Sequence record: OR327750.1
Direction: 5' to 3' (one strand)
DNA: 64,000 bases
Source: Escherichia phage KK4
Shown here: positions 11,277 through 20,720 of the stretch, piece by piece
Layout: each line of letters starts with the position of its first letter
How positions within the stretch are numbered: position 1 is the first letter of the stretch
Notes under the pieces: model-generated
Seen by the model: only the letters and a program-made list of their open reading frames with translations
Database searches by the model: none
What the model was told of the DNA's origin: nothing
Made by a program: the position numbers and the translations under genes

Positions 11277-11933
11277 ATGGCAGCACCTAGAATATCATTT
11301 TCGCCCTCTGATATTCTGTTTGGTGTTCTAGATCGCTTGTTCAAAGATAACGCTACCGGGAAGGTTCTTGCTTCCCGAGTAGCTGTCGTAATTCTTTTAT
11401 TTATGATGGCGATTGTTTGGTATAGGGGAGATAGTTTCTTTGAGTACTATAAGCAATCAAAGTATGAAACATACAGTGAAATTATTGAAAAGGAAAGAAA
11501 TGCACGCTTTGAATCTGTCGCCCTGGAACAACTCCAGATAGTTCATATATCATCTGAGGCAGACTTTAGTGCGGTGTATTCTTTCCGCCCTAAAAACTTA
11601 AACTATTTTGTTGATATTATAGCATATGAAGGAAAATTACCTTCAACAATAAGTGAAAAATCACTTGGAGGATATCCTGTTGATAAAACTATGGATGAAT
11701 ATACAGTTCATTTAAATGGACGTCATTATTATTCCGACTCAAAATTTGCTTTTTTACCAACTAAAAAGCCTACTCCCGAAATAAACTACATGTACAGTTG
11801 TCCATATTTTAATTTGGATAATATCTATGCTGGAACGATAACCATGTACTGGTATAGAAATGATCATATAAGTAATGACCGCCTTGAATCAATATGTGCT
11901 CAGGCGGCCAGAATATTAGGAAGGGCTAAATAA
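11277..11933 (+). CDS. t: holin T
   Basis: 218 aa MAAPRISFSPSDILFGVLDRLF... recognised as T4 holin; one N-terminal TM segment. Confidence 0.92.
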   Translation: MAAPRISFSPSDILFGVLDRLFKDNATGKVLASRVAVVILLFMMAIVWYRGDSFFEYYKQSKYETYSEIIEKERNARFESVALEQLQIVHISSEADFSAVYSFRPKNLNYFVDIIAYEGKLPSTISEKSLGGYPVDKTMDEYTVHLNGRHYYSDSKFAFLPTKKPTPEINYMYSCPYFNLDNIYAGTITMYWYRNDHISNDRLESICAQAARILGRAK

Positions 11934-12206
11934 TTATTTGTTCGTATACATTTCTAGATATCGATATACACCCTCAAAACCCTCGTTGAATTCATCGATG
12001 AGGGTTTTCTTATCTTCTTGGGTTAATTCAGAAACAATTTTACGGAATAAATTCTGATTTAATTTTCTACCTTCATGCGTTACTCCAATCTCATTCAGAA
12101 ATGCAATAAAATTAGCACGATTTTCAACAATATCTTCTCTGGAAAATTTAATCAAAATAGATGCAACAGTAATAATTTCACGAACTGTATCAATGTTTTT
12201 ATTCAT
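11934..12206 (-). CDS. asiA: anti-sigma70 factor AsiA
   Basis: 90 aa MNKNIDTVREIITVASILIKF...; stop codon abuts holin stop (TAATTA). Confidence 0.92.
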   Translation of the reverse strand: MNKNIDTVREIITVASILIKFSREDIVENRANFIAFLNEIGVTHEGRKLNQNLFRKIVSELTQEDKKTLIDEFNEGFEGVYRYLEMYTNK

Positions 12207-12218
12207 TAACTATACCAC

Positions 12219-12371
12219 TCAATTAGTTGACTTTGTTATAATATCATCAGACACTTGATTTGTAAACTGGTCTGTGTTATTTTCTTCAAAAATTTTTTCT
12301 ACGAATTCCTTGAACGACTCACGTTCCTGAGCTGCATTATGCTCGATTACCATTTCAAGATTATGACTCAT
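12219..12371 (-). CDS. small acidic protein (50 aa) between asiA and arn
   Basis: hand-translated MSHNLEMVIEHNAAQERESFKEF...; ATG overlaps arn stop (ATGA). Confidence 0.45.
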   Translation of the reverse strand: MSHNLEMVIEHNAAQERESFKEFVEKIFEENNTDQFTNQVSDDIITKSTN

Positions 12372-12646
12372 TCGAAATAATCTTCAATTTCGTAATCATG
12401 GACATAAATCATTATAGTTTCTAATACATCATCAATACTTTTTCCTGGAACTGGAATTACGTAAAAATATCCTGCTTTTGAGAGGTCTTTATAAGTTCCA
12501 ATCAAGAAATCGTTATTCTCAAGATGTAGTTCTTCAACTAATTCATTAACAATTGAATGGTATAAATTTGGTAGAAACTTATATAGCTTTTCTAGAATAT
12601 CAATTTTGATTGTATATTGAACCACAGATTGAGAATCAATAATCAT
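12368..12646 (-). CDS. arn: anti-restriction nuclease Arn (McrBC inhibitor)
   Basis: 92 aa MIIDSQSVVQYT...; position next to asiA as in T4. Confidence 0.8.
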   Translation of the reverse strand: MIIDSQSVVQYTIKIDILEKLYKFLPNLYHSIVNELVEELHLENNDFLIGTYKDLSKAGYFYVIPVPGKSIDDVLETIMIYVHDYEIEDYFE

Positions 12647-12729
12647 AGACCTTCCCCTTATGTTTCTGTTTGCGATTAGATTCTTTAAACGCTTTCTTCT
12701 TATCCTTATGAACAGAAGCTTTATTAAAA

Positions 12730-12948
12730 TTATGTTTTGCGACTAAATTGTTCATAGTGCTGAATTACCTCTCTCAAACATTTGCATGTGAATGAAAACT
12801 TTTTAGCTACACCACATTCAAATATATGTTCTCTTAAATCACGTGTGTCAGTATATCCCATCTCAACAATAAAATGTCGTATTAGATTTTTATCTTTATC
12901 ATTGAGAGAATTAAAATAATCGGATTTTGAATTAATTTCCCTGGCCAA
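12730..12948 (-). CDS. hypothetical protein (72 aa), TTG start
   Basis: track ORF; start codon is TTG with AGGTGA SD 6 nt upstream. Confidence 0.45.
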   Translation of the reverse strand: MAREINSKSDYFNSLNDKDKNLIRHFIVEMGYTDTRDLREHIFECGVAKKFSFTCKCLREVIQHYEQFSRKT

Positions 12949-13228
12949 ATTGAATCACCTTCAGTTGACGTTTTAGTTCTTTTATCATTTCTTCATTCAT
13001 CGCAATATAAAGATCGCGTAAAGCGGGTTTTAACATTCCATTTACTGGAGAACTAAATGGACATACATAATCTTTTCCTACGAGCTTTTTAGTGAATTCC
13101 ATATTACAGAACTGAAATGCCGGTTCATTAGCATAAATTCCCCAATTGGTTGACATCATTTTATTGGCATATTCCAATGCTTGGATTTGATTAGTAATTC
13201 CATCAATTTGAAACTTTTTAATATTCAT
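12932..13228 (-). CDS. hypothetical protein (98 aa)
   Basis: track ORF with ATG start; arn-motA interval. Confidence 0.55.
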   Translation of the reverse strand: MNIKKFQIDGITNQIQALEYANKMMSTNWGIYANEPAFQFCNMEFTKKLVGKDYVCPFSSPVNGMLKPALRDLYIAMNEEMIKELKRQLKVIQFGQGN

Positions 13229-13695
13229 TAGTAAAGGTCCTCGGAGTAAAGTTCTTTTTCACTACCACCACGTTCAATACGCACTTGTCCAGCGTAAGTT
13301 GCAATAATCATTGCTTCTTCACGTGTCCAGTAATTGCTATACTGGTCAATAAATCCTTGGTCTTCACCACAAACATGGTCTGATACAAGTTTATCACTTA
13401 CCTGGTCAAGAACTTCAGCCATATCTTTAGAATAATGACGAGCACCAGGAATAACCAGAGTCCCACCATCTTTTAACTTAAAGCGGTTGGCTGCACACAC
13501 AATTCGACGTTGATATTTTTCATTATTGTTCCAATGAGCTACTTGCCAACAGATTTCAGGAACCTCTTCTAAAACATCCTCTTCCGTATATTCGGTGTAG
13601 TCGCCATAGGCCTGTAATTTAGCTGCTAGACTTTCTGGAGTTTCACGTAATAAAGCCAGGTCTAATAATTCAAGACGCTCTTTGAAGGTTTTCAT
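13228..13695 (-). CDS. hypothetical protein (155 aa)
   Basis: track ORF, ATG start, stop overlaps next start. Confidence 0.6.
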   Translation of the reverse strand: MKTFKERLELLDLALLRETPESLAAKLQAYGDYTEYTEEDVLEEVPEICWQVAHWNNNEKYQRRIVCAANRFKLKDGGTLVIPGARHYSKDMAEVLDQVSDKLVSDHVCGEDQGFIDQYSNYWTREEAMIIATYAGQVRIERGGSEKELYSEDLY

Positions 13696-13847
13696 TTGGT
13701 TTCCTCAACACTTTTAATTTTTATAGCTTGTTTAGAACTTTCAAAGCATTGACAATATACTCTTACCGCATCAAACTGGTTGGCCGCTTTAAGATGGACT
13801 ACACCTTCGTCGTTATAAAATTCTACGACAATTTTAAATGTTTTCAT
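13692..13847 (-). CDS. small protein (51 aa)
   Basis: hand-translated [25 protein letters not shown]...; ATGA overlaps at both ends. Confidence 0.4.
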   Translation of the reverse strand: MKTFKIVVEFYNDEGVVHLKAANQFDAVRVYCQCFESSKQAIKIKSVEETK

Positions 13848-14173
13848 TTAAACCATCCTTTAATACGTTGCCATAAAGTTTTCTGTTGAGCTTTGTTAAC
13901 ACCAATTGAACGAATAACTGGTTGAGATTCCTGAAATTCTTTATAATCAGCAAGGTAAATTTCGTAAGCTGCATCCGTAAATGAACTTATCGCTGCCATA
14001 AAATTATTGCGAATACCTACTGGAGCATCTTTACTTTCACGAATAATCATGTATTTACCAGTCTTAATCTTTACGATAGTTCCAAGATAAGCTCCATGGT
14101 ACCAGATGTCCCAACCCTCTTGAGTAGGTTCTACACAACGACGAAGTTCATTGACAATTTCTAACTTGTTCAT
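13844..14173 (-). CDS. hypothetical protein (109 aa)
   Basis: track ORF, ATG start. Confidence 0.55.
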   Translation of the reverse strand: MNKLEIVNELRRCVEPTQEGWDIWYHGAYLGTIVKIKTGKYMIIRESKDAPVGIRNNFMAAISSFTDAAYEIYLADYKEFQESQPVIRSIGVNKAQQKTLWQRIKGWFK

Positions 14174-14183
14174 TATTTATTCC

Positions 14184-14819
14184 TCACAGTTCAGATGCTA
14201 CAGTGATTACAGCTTCAATGTTTTCTGCCGAGCGTTTAATGTCAAGATACACATTACCGTTTTTAGCGATTTTACATGACATTCCGATATCAGTAAATTT
14301 CTGAATATGATGTTCCATCATTTTGTATCCAAAAATTCGCATATTTCCATTATTGTTAATTTCAAAATTACGAATTCCGTGAGTGCGTTTTTCTAAAATG
14401 GCAAGATAATTACTACGATAAGTTTCAACCTTTTTAAGAACAAATCCATTTTCATCTAAAAGTTTTAACATGAGGTCTTTATCTTCTTCCATATCAGAAG
14501 TAATCTCACGAGCTTTACGAGTTGCTCGTTTTTTCAGTAGTTCCGGAGCATTTTCTTGCGCGTATAAAGTTGCTGCATTTGAAATAATATCCTGAGCTTC
14601 ACCAGTAATGATTAATCCATCACCAGATTTCTCCACCAGGCCTTTTTTAATCAATACCCCAATATTACTATTAACTACTGCGTTACCTAAATCTGGATGC
14701 ACCTCACGAACTTCTGCAGCTGTAATGAAATCTTTCTTAGCAATAGTAATTAAAATCGCAGCAGTTTTTTCATTCAGAACATCGTTAGAAGCTTTGATGA
14801 TGTAAGTTACTTTAGACAT
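14184..14819 (-). CDS. motA: middle-transcription activator MotA
   Basis: 211 aa MSKVTYIIKASNDVLNEKTAAILITIAKKDFITAAEV... Confidence 0.92.
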   Translation of the reverse strand: MSKVTYIIKASNDVLNEKTAAILITIAKKDFITAAEVREVHPDLGNAVVNSNIGVLIKKGLVEKSGDGLIITGEAQDIISNAATLYAQENAPELLKKRATRKAREITSDMEEDKDLMLKLLDENGFVLKKVETYRSNYLAILEKRTHGIRNFEINNNGNMRIFGYKMMEHHIQKFTDIGMSCKIAKNGNVYLDIKRSAENIEAVITVASEL

Positions 14820-14856
14820 TTTAATCTCCGTTTCAGTTCATTTATTTGATAGGTCT

Positions 14857-14885
14857 ATAGTATCATGTTTAAAGCAGAAGTAAAC
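14857..14885 (-). promoter_or_regulatory. early promoter cassette (copy of repeated promoter-stem-loop element)
   Basis: revcomp GTTTAC at 14880-14885 and TACTAT at 14857-14862; shared motif with 15201, 18853, 46635. Confidence 0.5.
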
Positions 14886-14924
14886 ACTTTTTTGCACTCT
14901 TTTTCAAGAGCTCTAATAAAGTAC

Positions 14925-15152
14925 TTACTTAATGTTCAGATTACGAACTTCGATTTCGTCTTCATGGGCAAAATCAAACTGTTTGAATTCTGTGCCACCT
15001 TTAAATTTAAAAATCATTGTGAAGAAAGTCAGAACACCAGGTTTTTCTTCACGAACTCCACAGATATCATATTCAATACCATCTACAACCAGTTTGTTAG
15101 CAGTCAGAGCATTTTTAGCTTTAACGATTTCGTTTTCGATTTTAAATTTCAT
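14925..15152 (-). CDS. hypothetical protein (75 aa), motA.1 position
   Basis: track ORF, ATG start. Confidence 0.5.
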   Translation of the reverse strand: MKFKIENEIVKAKNALTANKLVVDGIEYDICGVREEKPGVLTFFTMIFKFKGGTEFKQFDFAHEDEIEVRNLNIK

Positions 15153-15200
15153 TTTTGTATCTCCGGGTTGTTTGTTTCAGTTCATTTATTTGATAGTTGT

Positions 15201-15230
15201 ATAGTACCATAAAGCTTTATGCTTGTAAAC
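15201..15230 (-). promoter_or_regulatory. early promoter cassette with palindrome in spacer
   Basis: revcomp GTTTAC 15225-15230, TACTAT 15201-15206, CATAAAGCTTTATG palindrome between. Confidence 0.5.
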
Positions 15231-15261
15231 CGTTTTGTGAAAAAAATTTTAAAATAAAAAA

Positions 15262-15281
15262 GGGAGAGCCGAGGCTCTCCC
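15262..15281. terminator. GC-rich hairpin flanked by A/T runs (possible bidirectional terminator)
   Basis: GGGAGAGCC-GA-GGCTCTCCC flanked by A-rich and T-rich tracts. Confidence 0.4.
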
Positions 15282-15286
15282 TAAAA

Positions 15287-15436
15287 TTACTGCATGACTG
15301 TGATAACTGTCATGATAACACGTTGAATTCCGAACGCAAGAAGACCTCCTGCTACGGCTGGAACAACGCCTAAACCCGTCAGTAAAATGCTACCAGATAC
15401 TAATGCAGCGCTTGTAATACCAATGAATGGACTCAT
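15287..15436 (-). CDS. small hydrophobic membrane protein (49 aa)
   Basis: hand-translated MSPFIGITSAALVSGSILLTGLGVVPAVAGG...; ATG overlaps gene 52 stop. Confidence 0.45.
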   Translation of the reverse strand: MSPFIGITSAALVSGSILLTGLGVVPAVAGGLLAFGIQRVIMTVITVMQ

Positions 15437-16761
15437 TTGATTTCCTCTAAATCTTTGGTGTATTCGGTAACTACATCAGTAGTTTTCCAATATTCGTTTT
15501 CTTCTTTTTTAGCTTTAGCTTCTTCAGCAAGTTTCTTTGCTTCGTCGGAAGTCATATGAAAAATATTCATTCCGACTAGTTTATCAACATAAGAAGAATA
15601 CATATCAATTTTAGAAAGTTCTTCGGTCAGTTCTTTGCGAGTTTTACCCTGCACAACAATTTCACCTGAAATTACTTTCTTAATGAAATGTGCCTTGGCA
15701 AAGGCTAAACGAAATGCTGATTCAGTTTCTTTGATTTTGTTATCAATTCGTTTTTGGACATAAGTTTTACGAACTTCAACAAAGTCTTTAATTAAATCAA
15801 CTACGTTATCGTAAACTTGCAGCTTTCCTTTCTCATTAATGACTGTAATATTCTGAGAACGACGCTCAATCAGTCCGAAGTCTTTCATAATTTTTGCATG
15901 GCGTTCTTCTTCATTATCGCTCAAAGAGTATTCTTTTCGGAATTTAACTTTGAATCCAAAACCATGCTCACCACAAGCATCATCCCATGTAATGAAGCCT
16001 TTATCTTCAAGTGGGTCTAAGATTTTACTCACATAAGTTTCACGATCATACTTATACGGAATCTCAGTGATATGCATTTGAGTTCGTGAAGTAAACTTAT
16101 ATGTTCCACGAATTTCATATTGCCCATCAATTTCAACGACTTCACCACGAAATTCTGGGAATTCTACCTTCGGTTTAGTTACTTTCTTTCCTTGAAGAGC
16201 TTGCAGTACAGCTTTCTTAACAGAAGAAACACTATGAGGAAGAATGTAAGTTGCATAACCAGTTGCAATACCGGAAACGCCATTAAGAAGAACAGTAGGA
16301 ATAACAGGCAAATAGAAAGCAGGCGGAATGTGTTCTTTATCTTGATGTACCGGAGCATATTCAGTATCTTTATATACGTTATAGAAATTTTTACTTACAC
16401 GAGCAAAAATATAACGACTTGCTGCTGCCTTTTGGACAGTACGAGAACCAAAGTTTCCTTGACCGTCTAACAGAGGAAAGTTATTATTCCAAGTGTTAGC
16501 CATCAAAGCACCTGCGTCTTGCGCAGAGTTTTCACCATGATGATATCCAAGGTCCGCTACACCACCTGCGATAGAAGCGAGCTTATGAAACTTATCTTTA
16601 TTTCCTCGTGCCAAATCAAGAGCTCGAGCAATAACAAATCGTTGAACTGGCTTAAATCCGTCAATCATATTTGGAATGGCACGATTTTCAACCGTGTACA
16701 TAGCATAAGCCAATGCTTCATTATCAATGATACTTTTTAAATCACGATTATTCAGTTGCAT
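15433..16761 (-). CDS. 52: DNA topoisomerase II medium subunit gp52
   Basis: 442 aa MQLNNRDLKSIIDNEALAYAMYTVENRAIP... Confidence 0.93.
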   Translation of the reverse strand: MQLNNRDLKSIIDNEALAYAMYTVENRAIPNMIDGFKPVQRFVIARALDLARGNKDKFHKLASIAGGVADLGYHHGENSAQDAGALMANTWNNNFPLLDGQGNFGSRTVQKAAASRYIFARVSKNFYNVYKDTEYAPVHQDKEHIPPAFYLPVIPTVLLNGVSGIATGYATYILPHSVSSVKKAVLQALQGKKVTKPKVEFPEFRGEVVEIDGQYEIRGTYKFTSRTQMHITEIPYKYDRETYVSKILDPLEDKGFITWDDACGEHGFGFKVKFRKEYSLSDNEEERHAKIMKDFGLIERRSQNITVINEKGKLQVYDNVVDLIKDFVEVRKTYVQKRIDNKIKETESAFRLAFAKAHFIKKVISGEIVVQGKTRKELTEELSKIDMYSSYVDKLVGMNIFHMTSDEAKKLAEEAKAKKEENEYWKTTDVVTEYTKDLEEIK

Positions 16762-16765
16762 AAAT

Positions 16766-16906
16766 TTACCATACTAGTGAATGTAGTGCCATAATAACAT
16801 CAGAAATGAAAAGCACGACTTGAATTAATCCGAACATTATTCCGTAATATAATGCTATCAATAAAATAGCAAGGGCTAATGAATAGCCCAAGATTTTCTT
16901 AATCAT
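16766..16906 (-). CDS. small membrane protein (46 aa), 52.1 position
   Basis: hand-translated MIKKILGYSLALAILLIALYYGIMFGL... Confidence 0.4.
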   Translation of the reverse strand: MIKKILGYSLALAILLIALYYGIMFGLIQVVLFISDVIMALHSLVW

Positions 16907-17057
16907 TAGTAGATAACAACACAAATGTTAAATATGCACACATACCCTGAGCTAAAGCTTGCGAAAACACACTGCTGGCATCAATACAGATAGTTAAAAC
17001 ACATGCTACTATCCAACAAATAAATGAAATAACTCCTAATAATTTTGCGATATTCAT
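16899..17057 (-). CDS. ac: small membrane protein (52 aa), probable ac (acridine sensitivity) homologue
   Basis: hand-translated MNIAKLLGVISFICWIVACVLTICID...; position between 52 and stp as in T4. Confidence 0.45.
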   Translation of the reverse strand: MNIAKLLGVISFICWIVACVLTICIDASSVFSQALAQGMCAYLTFVLLSTND

Positions 17058-17064
17058 ATTTTCC

Positions 17065-17145
17065 TCACTGGCGTCCGAAGACGCCTTTAGTTTTAAGATT
17101 ATTACGATAGAACTGCATCACATGTTCGTTATGGAAATTACTCAT
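17065..17145 (-). CDS. stp: Stp peptide (26 aa; activator of PrrC/EcoprrI anticodon nuclease)
   Basis: hand-translated [26 protein letters not shown], identical to T4 Stp as I recall it; ATG overlaps ndd stop; GGCGUCUUCGGACGCC hairpin inside 3' end. Confidence 0.85.
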
Positions 17146-17603
17146 TAATATGCCTGCAAAACAAATTTAAAGTTATCAGCCAACATACGGTTCATTTCTT
17201 CAAGTGTTTGATACTCAGAATGATGATTACGAGTAAACGCTAAAGCTAACTGTCCTTTTCCAAATCCCGTCGTCAGAGGTTTCATCTTAGAAGCAGGCAG
17301 ATAAAATACTGTGTATACCATATTGTTATTTGCAATAGTACGTGCAAGCTGAGACCGACGTTGACGAATATGACTTAGAACTGCACTGAATCCTTGCTTA
17401 GAACGCTGATTACCTACATAAAATCGTGCAGACACACATGGATTACTAAATGGACGACCATCTAATTTACTTACTAAAAAATAAAATCCAGGTTTAGATA
17501 AAATATCTTTATGCGGAGTTCCCAAAAACCACTCACCACCCTTGATTGTACCAATAACAGTAGCGCCTGCATTATTCAGATCAGTAACAGTCATGTATTT
17601 CAT
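17145..17603 (-). CDS. ndd: nucleoid disruption protein Ndd
   Basis: [26 protein letters not shown]...; ATG at 17601-17603 (track ORF starts upstream). Confidence 0.9.
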
Positions 17604-17661
17604 ATTAATTTCCTCTAAATTATTTTCTACTCCAAGGCCACATGAATACGCGGCCATTAAA

Positions 17662-17877
17662 TTAATCGTCGCAGTCGACGCTCAATTCCCAAAACTCTTC
17701 TACTGTATAAGTTTCAGTATCATTTTCAATACAGAAACGTTCATTACTATTATTTGCTAAAGTAGCATTAACTGTCGGTTTCTCGCTAGTGCTCTTAAGA
17801 GGTGAAATACGAATTAACTGATCACCGTTATCTAAACAGAAAATTTCACCAACTTTTACATCTTTAAAACTTTTCAT
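17662..17877 (-). CDS. hypothetical protein (71 aa), ndd.1 position
   Basis: track ORF, ATG start. Confidence 0.5.
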
Positions 17878-17992
17878 AATTCACCTCAAGGAGTATAAAA
17901 TCCAAATGCAGTTGTTGACCATCCCATCCAATATGGGAAATTTGCACCAATGTAAAACATGAGAATATAAAACCAACCACTCAGCAAATTCA

Positions 17993-18190
17993 TCATTTTA
18001 CACCATTCCAAATTGTTTCAACCACAGATTTTAAACCATTTTGATGAATATCCATTCCGACTACCGCCATCAAATAGATTCCAACTACAACTGAACCTAA
18101 GGCAAAAATCAGCATGAAAATGAATAAAGCCGGAAAAATATTATCGAAAAACCATTCAATAAATGTAAAAGCACTGCGTTTACGCTTCAT
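17993..18190 (-). CDS. small membrane protein (65 aa)
   Basis: ATG at 18188-18190 with GAGGAAA SD; track ORF extends to upstream alt start; one TM helix. Confidence 0.5.
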   Translation of the reverse strand: MKRKRSAFTFIEWFFDNIFPALFIFMLIFALGSVVVGIYLMAVVGMDIHQNGLKSVVETIWNGVK

Positions 18191-18197
18191 ATTTTCC

Positions 18198-18311
18198 TCA
18201 CATAAATCCAAAGTAAACGTTTAATACATCAATCATTAAAACGATTGGGAATATGCTCAAAACTATTAGTATTATAACTACATTCCATATAGCTTTAATA
18301 ATCTTTTTCAT
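18198..18311 (-). CDS. small membrane protein (37 aa)
   Basis: ATG at 18309-18311 with GGAGGA SD; MKKIIKAIWNVVIILIVLSIFPIVLM...; 82-aa track ORF starts at TTG. Confidence 0.4.
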   Translation of the reverse strand: MKKIIKAIWNVVIILIVLSIFPIVLMIDVLNVYFGFM

Positions 18312-18339
18312 TTTCTGTTCCTCCGTAGTTGATAGGGTA

Positions 18340-18369
18340 ATAGTACCACGGAAGAACAGTCTTGTAAAC
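18340..18369 (-). promoter_or_regulatory. early promoter cassette
   Basis: revcomp GTTTAC 18364-18369, TACTATT 18340-18346. Confidence 0.45.
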
Positions 18370-18554
18370 AACTTTTTTAAAAATATTCGTAATAAATGTG
18401 AATACCAACTACTACCGCTGAAACCTGTGCAACCCACCACGCACAAGCAATAAGTACAGAATTTAAAATTTTCATAATAACCTCATTACAAAAGTAAATG
18501 TTAAACAAATTACTGGAATACTAATTAACCAAACAAAACACCACCATAGTGAAC

Positions 18555-18818
18555 TCATAGTTCAATCTCAGCGATTTTCATTTCATTACTATTAATAGCC
18601 TCTTTAAGACTATCTGAAAGAATTACATTCCAGTGGTCATTCATATGACCATTAACTAAGCGTGTAATTTCTTCAGGAGTTGAAAAATAAGGCTGATCGG
18701 ACTCCCAATGCGATAATCCTAAGCGAGTATAAATCATGCCTTCATCATCGCTAGAATATTCAACTGACACAAACTCATCAGTTATTTTATGCTTAGCATA
18801 ATAAAATTTAAATTTCAT
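18555..18818 (-). CDS. hypothetical protein (87 aa)
   Basis: ATG at 18816-18818 preceded by GGAG SD. Confidence 0.5.
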   Translation of the reverse strand: MKFKFYYAKHKITDEFVSVEYSSDDEGMIYTRLGLSHWESDQPYFSTPEEITRLVNGHMNDHWNVILSDSLKEAINSNEMKIAEIEL

Positions 18819-18852
18819 TTTACTCTCCAAATCCGTATCAGTTGATAGTTGT

Positions 18853-18882
18853 ATAGTACCACGGTCCTTGTGGTATGTAAAC
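18853..18882 (-). promoter_or_regulatory. early promoter cassette with stem-loop in spacer
   Basis: revcomp GTTTAC 18877-18882, TACTAT 18853-18858, TACCAC..GTGGTA stem between; near-identical to 46605-46690. Confidence 0.5.
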
Positions 18883-18903
18883 CGTTTTGTGAAAAAATTT
18901 TTT

Positions 18904-19461
18904 TTAAATGGAAAGATACCATCCGTTGTAGTTGCTTTTTCTTACAACCTTACGAAGGTCTTCTCTGTCACCGATGAACTTCGGAGTGTACTGGATGACA
19001 CCTGGATGAATTTCTTTAGTGTTGAATATAATTATACAGTCAGCGACTTGATGATTTAGAATGGGCCCTAGATTTATTCCAGAACCATATGGATACTCTC
19101 CGCTGCATCCTGTTGTCACCGAAATCCAACGTGAGTCAGTTTGATGTGTCTTAACTTCTACACGAAGCCCGCAGTATCTTGGATGCGCCAATACATCCCA
19201 TGCATATGTGTACGGATCATCGACATCTTCTTGACCTTTATTAACATACCCGCTTAGCCAATCTGCTACAAAAAACTCTGCGTATACAGCAATACGACAT
19301 CTTTCAATAACTTCTGCTTTATCCTGGTTCGGGTTTTGTTTTAAAGAGTATCTTGCAGTATCAGCAATTTTGACCTTCATTTCACTAGTCAAGTCACTGT
19401 TCGATAGGGTAAATGTCGGAATCTGAAATAGTCTCTGTAAACCCGGATTCGTTTTCTGCAT
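18904..19461 (-). CDS. denB: endonuclease IV DenB
   Basis: 185 aa MQKTNPGLQRLFQIPTFTLSNSDL...; position next to rIIB. Confidence 0.9.
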   Translation of the reverse strand: MQKTNPGLQRLFQIPTFTLSNSDLTSEMKVKIADTARYSLKQNPNQDKAEVIERCRIAVYAEFFVADWLSGYVNKGQEDVDDPYTYAWDVLAHPRYCGLRVEVKTHQTDSRWISVTTGCSGEYPYGSGINLGPILNHQVADCIIIFNTKEIHPGVIQYTPKFIGDREDLRKVVRKSNYNGWYLSI

Positions 19462-19528
19462 TTAGACTTTCCTTTTATGTCTGAATCACTGGTATTCATA
19501 TAATAAATCATAATTTCTCTTAAAACAA

Positions 19529-19544
19529 AAGGGCCGAAGCCCTT
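19529..19544 (-). terminator. CUUCGG hairpin with U tract downstream of the 64-aa ORF
   Basis: on - strand AAGGGC-UUCG-GCCCUU then UUUGUUUU. Confidence 0.55.
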
Positions 19545-19547
19545 ATT

Positions 19548-19742
19548 TTATTTGAATTGTGCAATTCTTTTCTCTAGACATTCAGCATAAGATTTCATTG
19601 AGATAAACTGCGAAAGTAACAGTTCTTGCTCAACTGCATTAACTGTTAGAAACTTTGCGCTTTCTAAAAATTTGCTCAGTGCATTAATTTTGAGCATTAA
19701 TTGATCGTATTCTTCTTTTACTCGTGCTTGATAACCTAACAT
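19548..19742 (-). CDS. hypothetical protein (64 aa), denB.1 position
   Basis: track ORF; GAGGAAA SD. Confidence 0.5.
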   Translation of the reverse strand: MLGYQARVKEEYDQLMLKINALSKFLESAKFLTVNAVEQELLLSQFISMKSYAECLEKRIAQFK

Positions 19743-19758
19743 AATTTTCCTCAGTTAA

Positions 19759-19770
19759 GGGCCGAAGCCC
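19759..19770 (-). other. intercistronic CUUCGG RNA hairpin between rIIB stop and next SD
   Basis: GGGCUUCGGCCC directly after rIIB UAA, no U tract. Confidence 0.5.
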
Positions 19771-20709
19771 TTATTTAAATTGTTCAGTAACGTCTTCAAC
19801 TACTTCGTATTGGCAGGTACGCATTTTAGCGTCGTTGTAATCAATCGGAATTGATACCACATCGCGAGGATGCACTTTAACTTTTACAACTCGACTAGTT
19901 GAACTGCCAAAGTGACGAATATAAGATTTAGAACACACATGCAGACCACGAGAACAAGTTTGTGTATCATCGTCATTCACACGAGTACGTGGCATTTTAA
20001 CTACTTTACCCGGACTGTTATCAAAGGTGTTTGAGTGACAGTCAAAGTAGTTGTCACGAACTACTTTCCAAGCATAGAAGTAACCATCTTCTGTAATTTC
20101 AATATCATTTGCTACCAAGAAATCAAAGAGTCGAGATACCGCTTTTTGGCTTGGGTTTTCCAGCAGATTTTCCAAGAACGGAAAATAAAATTCAAAGTTT
20201 TCACCTTTTTCCATCGAATCGAGAATACGATCAACCAGACCAGACCGTAATTCGATATTTTGATAGAACAAGCTTCCACCTTCAATTCGAACATCGCCGG
20301 AAATATATTTTTCAACAGCGCGACGAACATTAATTTTTTGTGCCGCTTCTTCCAACTTATCCGCTACAAGCAGATTAAGAATTTCCTGGAAGTTTGAATG
20401 AGTATTAGGAGTTGCGTTATAAGTTACACCGTCAACAGTAATTGAAATGAATTTTTTAGATGCATTCCAAATAATGTCAGATTTAGCAACTGGAGCAATA
20501 ACTGCATCGCTATTAACTTTAACTGTAATATCACCACTAATAGTAACTTTAGGGCGTTTAGCTTCTTCAGCATTTTTCAAAACACGACGGATTGTGTCAA
20601 CCGATACACCTTGCCAATCAGCCAATTCCTGTTGGGTGTAATTACCACTTGAATACAGCTTAACAATTTCAGCTTGTTCGTTTTTGGTCAGGCATTTAAT
20701 ATTGTACAT
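19771..20709 (-). CDS. rIIB: rapid-lysis/RexAB-exclusion protein rIIB
   Basis: 312 aa; downstream of and coupled to rIIA. Confidence 0.92.
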   Translation of the reverse strand: MYNIKCLTKNEQAEIVKLYSSGNYTQQELADWQGVSVDTIRRVLKNAEEAKRPKVTISGDITVKVNSDAVIAPVAKSDIIWNASKKFISITVDGVTYNATPNTHSNFQEILNLLVADKLEEAAQKINVRRAVEKYISGDVRIEGGSLFYQNIELRSGLVDRILDSMEKGENFEFYFPFLENLLENPSQKAVSRLFDFLVANDIEITEDGYFYAWKVVRDNYFDCHSNTFDNSPGKVVKMPRTRVNDDDTQTCSRGLHVCSKSYIRHFGSSTSRVVKVKVHPRDVVSIPIDYNDAKMRTCQYEVVEDVTEQFK

Positions 20710-20720
20710 AATTTTCCTTA

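Noticed and set aside
14608-15212. + strand ORFs 14608-14805, 14865-15212 and 14932-15204
   Set aside because: Antisense to motA and the 75-aa gene and running through the promoter cassettes; no SD.
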